64,000 nt of DNA from an uncultured Nitrososphaerota archaeon (GTDB lineage Archaea > Thermoproteota > Nitrososphaeria > Nitrososphaerales > Gagatemarchaeaceae). The stretch is taken from positions 1,504,001-1,568,000 of the forward strand of contig CAVRAG010000008.1 of the NCBI GenBank assembly GCA_963718895.1. Direction: 5' to 3'. Numbering within the stretch: the first letter of the stretch is position 1; every line of letters begins with the position of its first letter. Under the pieces are notes generated by a model. That model had not been told where the DNA came from, made no database searches, and saw nothing but the letters and a program-made list of their open reading frames with translations. Below, piece after piece: positions 30,943 to 40,300 of this stretch. Position numbers and translations under genes: made by a program.

Positions 30943-31095
30943 GAATCTGTTTGAGGTGTCTCCAGGCAATAAATCTGTTTGGAGCACCGAAGGTATGCGG
31001 ACCATGGAGAAGCGGTAATCCATACGAGGGTTCATCGCGCCTCCGCCAGGGCGGATGACAAGCCCAACGTGTGGATAGAACATCTCTAATGTCGA

Positions 31096-31509
31096 TTAGG
31101 GGGCGCCCATCATGCATGGCCCCATCGCGTGTGATGGGTCGCAGGTCACCTCGTACCCGCTCGGGTAGGTGATGATTACCGTGCCGTTAACATACCAATC
31201 TGCTATGGAACCCTCCGGTGCACCCCTGTCGCACAACACGCCACCTGAGCCGTTCTGATAGCATCCTGTTGCATCGAGGACTCCCTGAGAGGAAATGCCC
31301 TTGATTGAAAGAGAGTAGCGCATCGATCCAGTAATCACAGCCCCTGCTCCGACAGTCCAATAGGCTACCGATCCGTACCGCAGGAAGTTGCAGCCGTTTC
31401 CAGGGCAATGGTATGTTCCGGACGGAATTCCGTAGCTGACTACCGGGACGAAGAAGATGAAGGCGATGACGAGTATCGCAACCACTGAGACAGTTGTCTT
31501 ATGCTTCAC
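31096..31509 (-). CDS. Small membrane-anchored protein (family B)
   Basis: TM-VPVV...YGSVAYW..GAG. Confidence 0.65.
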   Translation of the reverse strand: MKHKTTVSVVAILVIAFIFFVPVVSYGIPSGTYHCPGNGCNFLRYGSVAYWTVGAGAVITGSMRYSLSIKGISSQGVLDATGCYQNGSGGVLCDRGAPEGSIADWYVNGTVIITYPSGYEVTCDPSHAMGPCMMGAP

Positions 31510-31648
31510 TTTCCAGCGACCCCAAAGTCAGATGTATGTTAGGTCGATTCTGAGATATAGTTTTGTCCGAACAGCAGAACCTCTAGCCCATTCTTGATTT
31601 GAGATGCCGTAAAATGGGCAAGTGCCATGTATAGGGTTCATTGCGCCT

Positions 31649-32626
31649 CTAGCCTGACGTTGTCGTCATTGTGCAGGATACGAGCGGCCCCTCAACCAGC
31701 ACCATCAGGTCGGCTCCATCGACATTCACGACACCCGTAGGGTTACCGATCTTCCATCCTCCCATGTCTACGCTGTAGGAATACTGGCCGTTCGGCACGG
31801 AGAATATGATCGTCGACTCGCTGACAAGGTTGGGGTCGTAGGCGCCGCCGCTGGTGCTGATCGGCAGCGTGGCGTTGGAAGGTTCGGCCACCGTCCAAGG
31901 CCCGAGCGTGACAGACCACGGTTCGGCGTATATCGTCGGAGTGCAATCCCCGCTCTGCTTGAAGATGACCTCGTAGAGCCTGCCGCCGGCCGGAGCCGTT
32001 GAGGTCGAGGCCGAGCCCACGGAGATGTCCTCCGAGACCGATGTGCTCTGGGGGCTCCCGGAAAGTACGGCTGATGCGTTCGTCGACCACCGCACCGTAA
32101 TCACGGCCTGGATTACGCCCGCTGAAGATATCTCGTAGTTGTCGGAGTCGACACAGTCGGTGGTCTCCGCGCTTGCGACCGCGCCCGGAGCCAGAGCGAC
32201 AGTGGAGATGGTCCGCATGCAGTCGGTATCCGTCGCCGTCGACTGCGGTGAAACCGCTGATGATGAGGTGATGGAGGCAGAGACCGGTGAAGTGCGCCCA
32301 TCGTAAGTGGCGTAGTAGACCGTGGAGTTGCCCACATTCTTGAACGTAGCGTCGAAGACCACGTGAGAGCCGACGGACGTGCTTACCAGGTCGGCCGAGA
32401 CAATCCCTACGGGGGTTCCCGGATTCTGGCTGCTGTTGTCGGGACCTACGGGGCCGGTTGAGGTCACGGTGACAGTCGTCGTCACGATAGACGTCGAGAC
32501 CTCCGGGAGAGTCTTGGTTATCGTGGTGATGCCGGGGGTGCTCAATGCAATGGCCGCTGCCACGACGACCGCGGCCATAACGATGGCCAATGCGATCCGG
32601 GTGTAGGTCCGCGGCTGACCGCTCAA
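31649..32626 (-). CDS. Membrane-anchored Thr-rich surface protein
   Basis: N-terminal TM and Thr stalk; C-terminal WSVTL...IIFSVPNGQYSYSV Ig-like domain. Confidence 0.75.
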   Translation of the reverse strand: MSGQPRTYTRIALAIVMAAVVVAAAIALSTPGITTITKTLPEVSTSIVTTTVTVTSTGPVGPDNSSQNPGTPVGIVSADLVSTSVGSHVVFDATFKNVGNSTVYYATYDGRTSPVSASITSSSAVSPQSTATDTDCMRTISTVALAPGAVASAETTDCVDSDNYEISSAGVIQAVITVRWSTNASAVLSGSPQSTSVSEDISVGSASTSTAPAGGRLYEVIFKQSGDCTPTIYAEPWSVTLGPWTVAEPSNATLPISTSGGAYDPNLVSESTIIFSVPNGQYSYSVDMGGWKIGNPTGVVNVDGADLMVLVEGPLVSCTMTTTSG

Positions 32627-32827
32627 TTAGAAGGACTAGTGTGAAAGAGAGTGATTTTTGTGATTAATACTTATGTCCGATAGAATCGGGATTCAGAGCA
32701 TTGTTACATTCCGCAGTCAGGGAAGGAAATCTACGCGTGCGTAGGGTTCGTTGCGCCTTCGGAGATTCTCATCCGCGCCTTGGTTTGGCTTAAATCGAGT
32801 CATAGCGATGGCTGAGCGACGATCCGC

Positions 32828-33271
32828 TTGAAAGACGCGGACAGAGATAGGATTCTGTTAGTCTTGGTCATTGTGAGCTTTGCCACCCTCGTACTCAGCC
32901 AGATAGTCGAGGCGCTCACCTCGTCCACCATCGTCGTATCGTTGTGGTTCTTCGCGTTCGCGCTCTTCTTCACTAGCATTGGACTCTTGACTCTGAACCC
33001 AAGGCATCGAAGAATCAGGCTCACTTGGGGAATCGCTACTGTTCCCCGCGTTCTGATGCTCGCCGGACCCGTCCTGGTTGATCTCAGTTGCGTGCCCTTC
33101 TTGTTGAATTTCTCTTTAGGATCAGCGTTCTCGCTCACAGCTCTTGTGTTGTTAACGATAGGAGGCGTTCTTTCGACCGTAGATGCTCTTGTGTTGGTCT
33201 TGGCTTGGCGCATGTTGAAGGATGTCGATTTGGAGCTTCAAGCGCAAGCTGAGGCTTCGCCGCTGGGATAG
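32828..33271 (+). CDS. Multi-pass membrane protein
   Basis: Four hydrophobic segments; fills one cassette. Confidence 0.55.
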   Translation: MKDADRDRILLVLVIVSFATLVLSQIVEALTSSTIVVSLWFFAFALFFTSIGLLTLNPRHRRIRLTWGIATVPRVLMLAGPVLVDLSCVPFLLNFSLGSAFSLTALVLLTIGGVLSTVDALVLVLAWRMLKDVDLELQAQAEASPLG

Positions 33272-33344
33272 ACCGCAGCCTCTAGCCGTTTCTAACTAAG
33301 GTGATGTTTCGCCATGTATAAGGTTCATTGCGCCTCCGCCGGGC

Positions 33345-34580
33345 TCACGACCCGACTTCGATGACCAGCCATACGGCCTGCTCGTAGTGGAACTGGCACC
33401 CGTGAGACGTCAGGAGCGCGGTCATGTTCACATTGCCCGGAAACTCCGTCACGCTGCACGGTTGGTTGACCACGATTGACGGGCCATACCCTATGTAGTA
33501 GCCGAACTGGTTGTAGCTCGGGTTCGTAAGGACGGACCAGTGACCGGGAGCGGATTGCTGCAGGAAGCTCGCGTACGCGAAGGGCGCATCGGTTCCTGGC
33601 CAGAAAGTGGTCTCCCCGATCTGAAGCGTGGAGCCCGGAAACGACCTGGAGTAGTCCTGCTGGAACCCGTAGTTGGAGACGTTGTAGTTGGCGACCTGCG
33701 TCTGGAACCTGACCTTGGCGAACGCGTCGAGGGTCGAGTTCTCCGAGAGTTTCGGGCCCGTCCTATTGGCGTTCACCTGCTGGATGAAGTAGCTCACCCA
33801 GCTCGGCGTCGCCGCCTTCGTCGGCCACACACCCTGGAACCATCGGTCGTAGAGGACACCCAAGTCGCCCAGGGCTCCGGTCACCTGTATCGAGTAATCG
33901 AACGTCTGGCCGGGGCTCAGCGTCTCGCTTATGGCTTGGAAGGAGGCGGTGCACTCGGCTCCGGGCGCCATGGAATCGGGGCAGGAGACGCTGGAAAGGC
34001 TGCCCCCAAAGCTCGGGTTGGCAATCCAGTTCACGCCCTTGTAGGTCTGGTTGTCTCCGTTCCCGGGGACCTGGAAGGTCAGGTCGGCGAGGCTGAGGGC
34101 CTTCGAGCCTATGTTCTCGACAGTCGCCGTGAAGTTGACGATGCCGAGAGGCCCGCGGGCGAACGAGACGTTGCTCACGGCGACTACGCCTGAGGGGTCG
34201 ACCTCGACTGAGGGATAGGGCAGGTACTCCGCTCCCGTGACGTCCGTGCCCTTCAGGAAGAACACGTCTGTGCCGTGGCCTCCCGAAGTGCTCCAGTTTC
34301 CTTCCGCCATGCTGTAGGAACCAGCAAACGGCGGACCGCCCACGCTGAAGAGAGCATACGAGAGAGAGGCGCGTCCCGTCAGTGTTGTGGGGTCCGGGTA
34401 GAACTGCGATAGATCATCGCATGTAGCCTGGGGCTGGGAAGGAATGCAGTGCGACTGCAGCAGATTGACGGCTAGCGGGTACAGCGGGATGCTGTAGGTG
34501 AGTATCGGAGCGACCATCAGGACGATCAGAAGCACGCCGGCTAGGGCCGGAATCGCCCCGGTTTTGGTGCTCCTCCTCAA
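33345..34580 (-). CDS. Surface protein with family-B N-terminus, Ig-like domain and C-terminal CAP/SCP-like domain
   Basis: QQVNANR...L.ENSTLDAFA..R; APGHWSVLTNPSYNQFG. Confidence 0.65.
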   Translation of the reverse strand: MRRSTKTGAIPALAGVLLIVLMVAPILTYSIPLYPLAVNLLQSHCIPSQPQATCDDLSQFYPDPTTLTGRASLSYALFSVGGPPFAGSYSMAEGNWSTSGGHGTDVFFLKGTDVTGAEYLPYPSVEVDPSGVVAVSNVSFARGPLGIVNFTATVENIGSKALSLADLTFQVPGNGDNQTYKGVNWIANPSFGGSLSSVSCPDSMAPGAECTASFQAISETLSPGQTFDYSIQVTGALGDLGVLYDRWFQGVWPTKAATPSWVSYFIQQVNANRTGPKLSENSTLDAFAKVRFQTQVANYNVSNYGFQQDYSRSFPGSTLQIGETTFWPGTDAPFAYASFLQQSAPGHWSVLTNPSYNQFGYYIGYGPSIVVNQPCSVTEFPGNVNMTALLTSHGCQFHYEQAVWLVIEVGS

Positions 34581-34886
34581 AGTGGGGGTTGGGCCTCGGT
34601 CGTTTTATTTCAGTCTTCAGAGAAGTTCTGAAGCCCAGAAGGCCGGGGCTGGTCGCCCGGTACCAGAGCCGGGGGAGGTTAATGTACGGGCGATTGAATG
34701 CAAGCTCCAGCCGATTGTTGATCTGGGATGCCGTAAAGAAAGGCATGCCATGCATAAGGGTTCATTGCGCCTCCGCTGCATCGACTCGCCGGATATGCGA
34801 GTGGTACCATACTTTAAACACATCAGTGGTACCATATTAGATAAACCACACGCATAATAATCACTTTGTGGAGTTTCCCCAGCGCA

Positions 34887-35300
34887 GTGAATCTTCAGAA
34901 GCAGAAGGCGTACAAGCTGGTCGACGACGGCTACCAGTACAAGTACGTCGTCACCCTGCCTGAGTCTCTCGTTGAGGAACTGGGATGGAAGGAGGGCAGC
35001 GAGCTGGGCGCTGCAATCAGAGAAAGGTCGCTGGTCATAGACTTCGTCTCCGCTCCAATCAAGAAGGAAAGGCGCGTGGTCGTCACGAAGATGACCTATG
35101 ACGACTTCCGAGATAAGATTAGACAGGTCTTGGAGTACAACGACAAGGGGATGACCTGGACCGAGATCCGCAACTACCTCCGGCTCGACCAGGTGGTCCC
35201 CAACAACAAGTGGGTCAGGCTGCTTGAGAAGGACATCGGTCTCGTACGGACGAAGCGTTCGGATGGGGTCATCATCTGGCGAGTGGCACATGTCAGATGA
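34887..35300 (+). CDS. AbrB-like N-domain fused to HTH-like domain
   Basis: YVVTLPESLVEELGWKEG; GMTWTEIR. Confidence 0.7.
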   Translation: MNLQKQKAYKLVDDGYQYKYVVTLPESLVEELGWKEGSELGAAIRERSLVIDFVSAPIKKERRVVVTKMTYDDFRDKIRQVLEYNDKGMTWTEIRNYLRLDQVVPNNKWVRLLEKDIGLVRTKRSDGVIIWRVAHVR

Positions 35301-36036
35301 GAAGATTGTAGTCGACGACCTGACAATCCTTGGAAATGCCTGCCCGGACGAGATAAGCGGGCAAAGAATCGGCGTCTGCGTCGCAGGCTACTCTCCAACC
35401 CGAGGACTGATCCGCATATACCCCGTCCCACCGAATGTCAAGGTCGGTCGGTGGGATACGATAGAGGTCCCTCTCGAGCGCAACCCGAAGGACGTGCGAC
35501 CGGAAAGCTGGAAGATCCAGGGTTCGAAGAACGAGTGGGACAGGCTCCATCGCAAGATCACGATCAAAGGGAAGCTTCAGGAGAGAGCCGACCGCATGGA
35601 GTTTGTCGAGATGATGCGACTGAGGCATGGGGTCGGTTGCATCGAGGACCTGAACGAAGCGAAGGTGAGCCTGGGGATGATCAAGCCGAAGGTCATCAAG
35701 TGGGAACTCGTCGACCGGGAGGAACTTGACGAGACGCACCAGCTCACGCTGACGAGTGCAGAGGCGCTCTGGACCAAGAAGAACTATCCCCTGAAACCCA
35801 TGGTCACATATCGGTGCCAGAACTGCAGGACGACCGGCCCACACCACCAGCAGATCGTCGAATGGGGCCTCTACGAGTTCATGAGGAACAACAAGGGGAA
35901 CGAGGACAGGGTGTGGAAGAATCTGCACCTTGGGGAACCGGGCTACGACTTCGACTTCCTGGTCGGAAACATGGCTCTGCACCCGACTTCTTTCATGGTC
36001 ATCAGCGTCTTCAGGTTTAAGGCGCCTTTGAGATGA
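35290..36036 (+). CDS. Conserved hypothetical (CxAG...IRIYP...D.RPES family) with CxxC
   Basis: VCVAGYS..GLIRIYPVP, KDVRPESWKI, CQNC..H. Confidence 0.7.
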   Translation: MSDEKIVVDDLTILGNACPDEISGQRIGVCVAGYSPTRGLIRIYPVPPNVKVGRWDTIEVPLERNPKDVRPESWKIQGSKNEWDRLHRKITIKGKLQERADRMEFVEMMRLRHGVGCIEDLNEAKVSLGMIKPKVIKWELVDREELDETHQLTLTSAEALWTKKNYPLKPMVTYRCQNCRTTGPHHQQIVEWGLYEFMRNNKGNEDRVWKNLHLGEPGYDFDFLVGNMALHPTSFMVISVFRFKAPLR

Positions 36037-36388
36037 GGCTCGGTGTCTCTACGATGTCCCTTACGAGATGCCGATGGCAAGGGTTGCCTGACCTCTCGTA
36101 GCACAACAGCGTGACGTTCTCAGTCTTGCTCGCCTCGTTCAGTGCCTGAATCGCTTCGAGACTGTCGACGTTATCGCTCAGTTCGGTGATGAACGACATC
36201 CTGAACCCCTCCCAGTCCTTCTTGCCGTCTCTGTAGGAGAAGAGCAGCTCCGGGCTTGGCGACAGGACCTGCACCCACTCGTCAAAGCGGTCTTTCTTCA
36301 CTCCACGGGGATAAAATCGCGTAATTAGGACCCTAAGCCCATCTTCCTCTTCCACCGGCTCATAGATTGACTTTGTACGGAGAGCCAA
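36017..36388 (-). CDS. DUF488 (YeaO-like) protein
   Basis: DGLRVLITRFYPRGVKK, LSPSPEL, VTLLCYE..CHR. Confidence 0.9.
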   Translation of the reverse strand: MALRTKSIYEPVEEEDGLRVLITRFYPRGVKKDRFDEWVQVLSPSPELLFSYRDGKKDWEGFRMSFITELSDNVDSLEAIQALNEASKTENVTLLCYERSGNPCHRHLVRDIVETPSLISKAP

Positions 36389-36583
36389 CTTCCTAGTTCC
36401 CAGCCTGTCCAGACCGGAGATAAGCGTGTTGCTAATACAGGTTGCTAGAACCGCGTCGCCCTCTTGACTAAGGAGACGGCTGAAACTAATCCGCCAAGAA
36501 TAGGCTTGGTGCCAAGTTGTCTATCCCGCTAAGCCTGATGTAAGGGTTCATTGCGCCTCTGCAGAATATCGATAGGTTGGCGA

Positions 36584-36850
36584 TCATGGAATACCGTGTG
36601 AGACGACTACAGTTGATGCTGCCGCCACATGCGCGAAGACGATGATCGCGAGCAAGACGAGGACCATGCAGATGGCGATCGCGTTACCATGGCTTGGGTT
36701 GCGCCTCGCCAGTATGAAGGACAGACCTGCCAGCAGGAGAAGCCCGACGTAAATCAGCTCCCAGGGGAAGACCAATGGAATTGCGGCAAACACGACGAGG
36801 AAGCCGGACCCGACCGTCAGCACGTCGCCGGCGACGTTAAGCGAATTCAT
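36584..36850 (-). CDS. Small membrane protein
   Basis: Three hydrophobic segments. Confidence 0.5.
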   Translation of the reverse strand: MNSLNVAGDVLTVGSGFLVVFAAIPLVFPWELIYVGLLLLAGLSFILARRNPSHGNAIAICMVLVLLAIIVFAHVAAASTVVVSHGIP

Positions 36851-37304
36851 GCCGGTAATCCTTGACCATCCGCAGGAGGTAACCGAAGGCGAATACGACG
36901 GCGATTGGGACCAGGTTCAGCACGGCCCAGTTCGGCGGCGCATGCGTGGTCGACAGGTTGGCCACACCTATCAGGAAGACGTAGCCATAGGCCACGAACT
37001 CCACGGCGAGTCCTTGAAGCCAGTCCCGTCGAACATGTTTCTGCCCACGCCGTAGGCCCGCATGGCCTGAGAGGTGTGGCCCTGCCGATCCAGACAGATT
37101 GCCGTGAGGGAGGCTATGTTAGCATAGTTCTGTTCTGACAGGTTCCCGGTGCCGTTGTTCAGGGTCACCTTGATTTGGACTCTGGCTCCCCATGAGTTTG
37201 TCCTACTATCTCTTATGTCTACCTTGTATATCCTCAAAATTCGAAGGTGACGACATTAATCAAGAGAATTTCTTCTTGAGCTTCTAGGGCAAAACAAAAA
37301 AGCA

Positions 37305-40300
37305 TCAGTCGCCCTTCGCCCATCGCCTATACGCACGAAGTTCCATGAACGCGGCAAGCCCGCAAAGGACGAGTACCATGACAGCAAGAATCGTCGAACT
37401 CATCGAAGCATAGGCCGTACCTCGAAGTGCCACCGTGGTCAGACTATCGAATAGGTTGACCACTGCGGCGAAAACATTCGGGGACGAACGCATCCAAACC
37501 ACCGAGTTCGATTCTCCTCTGAATTGCACCCCTTGAAGGGTGTAGGTAATTTCCGCGGGCTGGGAGACATATTCGCCGTAGCCATTCAATGTGACCTCGT
37601 AGGAGTAATGGACCGATTGTCCCGGTAGAAGCGTGAATTCGGAATTGTTGTCGGGATTGCCCGAGACCAGCGCTGCCCCGCTCTTGTACGATGTGAGGAA
37701 TGCCGCATCGTTCATTGAACTCACAGATATTTGAGACGAGTCGAGATTTTTGACCACGACTTTCACCACCACGTCGCCGTTGCTAGACTGAATGAAGGAC
37801 TTCGATAGTTGCAGCTCAGCCGGGTAGATACCCGTGAACGTCACCTGGAGAGTTGAAGGAGAGAGCGTCTTCCCTGCAGGCACCTGACTGAAGCCGACCA
37901 CGTCTCCCGGCAGTAGAGCGAATTGTCCCTCGGAGGTCGTGCTCGTGACAACGGTGAGTCTATCGTTGGGTATGACGTCGTCGTTCGCAGAAGGAGTAGA
38001 TGAAGAACCGTTGAGTGGCGCCCCGACTCCAAGCTCCGAGAAATATGCGCCACTCGCGAACGTTAGGGAACCGTCGTAACCGAGCAGCTGTTCGAGGTTG
38101 ACGGTGTGCACGTCCGAGGACGAGTGAACGACGCCCATCTTCACGGTCAGTGCACCCGCGAACGCGAACACGCCGGAAGCAGTCGCGATCTGGTTCTGGT
38201 TAAGCCCGAATAGATCCGATACGAAAGTGCCGAAGAATGTGTCGTTAGCGTAACCAGCGACCAGCATTGTGGCGTTCACGCGCCCAGCATTCGCCCCAGG
38301 AATCAGGACGCCAGAGTCAAGCCCGTTCTCGAGAGACTCGATCAGTCCCGAGCGGTGTATTAGCGGAAGCACGTTGTCCGCTATGGCCGGTCCCACAGTA
38401 TTGAGAGGGGCGTCTGATTGGTAGACACGTAGACAGACTTGATTCGAGGAGCTCGTAGTGTCGGGGAACATCGGAACTGCGGCGAGCAACGCGAGGTCTG
38501 AGAGACCAAGGGATGATGTGACCGATGTCACCACCGGGCCCGCGTCAGCTTGAGACTGAGGGCAAGAGCCTGAGTCTCCCATGAACAAAAGAGTGGGAGG
38601 GATGAGATTCGCATACCGCGATACGATGTTAGCGTCGACTGATGGTAACAGTGTCAGTCCACCGCTTTCGCTGAATACGACCAGAAAATCGACGCCGGAC
38701 GCCTGGGAGGACCCGAAGAGCGCAGGAGACTGCATCGATGCGGAGTTGTTAAGGAAGAGGTAGAGATTGGTCGCACTCCCGTCGGAATCGACCTCACCTA
38801 GGACTGCCTCAAGATACCCAGCAGGGAGAGTTATGGCCAGATAGGTGAACGTTATCGACCCACTCACCGGGATCTCGACGGTTCCGATCTCCACAGCCAC
38901 GGTTACCGAGCCCGTTCCCTGCGGGGTTAGTGCGGTCATGCTCGTCGAAGAGGTGACCGTGACCTCATCCGAGGCGGTGCTGCCGAACCACACGCTCATT
39001 GGGCTTGTAAAGCCGCTTCCGGTGAATGTGACCAAGGTCCCTCCCGACTCGGGACCTGAGACTGGCGAGACGCTCGTGACCGAATCGTACGTGAACTGGT
39101 ACCCTGGAGTGAATAGGTCCCCTAGAGTGGTACTACTGGTCCCGGCCGGCGTTGTAACCGTTACGTCGACGGTTCCAGAACCGTCGGGCGTCGAGAGGGT
39201 TATTTCGGCACCGCTTGCGGTGAGACCGGAAGCCGGATTGTCTTGGCCGAAGTTTACCGCTGTCGCTCCACTTAGGTCTGTGCCGTAGATGGTCGCGCTA
39301 GTCCCGCCATAACCGGTTCCCGAATCAGGGCTGATGCAAGAAACAGATGGCTGACCAGGAGGAGCTGGCACGAACCCCACACCCAGGGAAGGGGCCGATG
39401 AGCTGTAGCTTATCATTCCCGAGTTCACTCCTGAACAAGCCCAGCTGAGACCGGAGGACCCTTCTTCGGGCTGATTGGCGTAGGTGAGAGATTGATCGAT
39501 TGAATCAGACCACGACCGTTCTACCAGCTTTACGGAGGCTGTCTCAGACATTGCCGAACCTTGACCGAATGCCGTGTCTCCACTCGGACCACCGCTGACT
39601 GTCGGAGGTCCGACGAAGTCGAGTTCCGGATAGCCCGCAGGACCGAGATACATGTAGGAGCCGGGCGGGACTTCCAAACAGCTGGTGAGACAGGCGAGAG
39701 TTCCCGGATACGTGTACGTGTTTAGAGACTGGCTTCCAACCTTTGTAATCAAGGTCATGCCTCCATCTTGAATAACGGATGTCACGTTGAACGTGGCGGG
39801 AAGAGAGACCTGAGTGAAGGAATACGAGAAGTTACAGTCGGACGAAAGCATGCTTATCCCACCGCTGCAGGCAAGGAGCTCGTTGGAAGTAAATATCGAG
39901 TATAGGCTACCGGCCCAGTAATCCCCCTTACTGTCAACTCCGAGAATGAGGACGTTTTGGACCCAATCTGAGGGAACCGGGCCGATGTTATCGTGAGGCA
40001 CCACATAGAAGTTCTGCTGGACCGTGAAGCATGAACTGAGACTCACGACGAGCAGCTCTGATGGACAGGCAGTCGAGTTGGAGATGTTGATGCCCGACAC
40101 GGTAATCGTGTTCTCGACTCCCACGACCTGGTCTGATGGATATGCGGCGCTCTGTCCCGGGCACGTTGGTGCCGTGCCACCAACGTTTAAAGAATCGTCC
40201 AACAGATAGCAGTAACTGGACAGGGTCCAACTGTAAGACGCGGAGGCTTGAGAACCACAGTGCACTCCGATTAGAGATTCCAAAGGACCTGCGATGGGGC

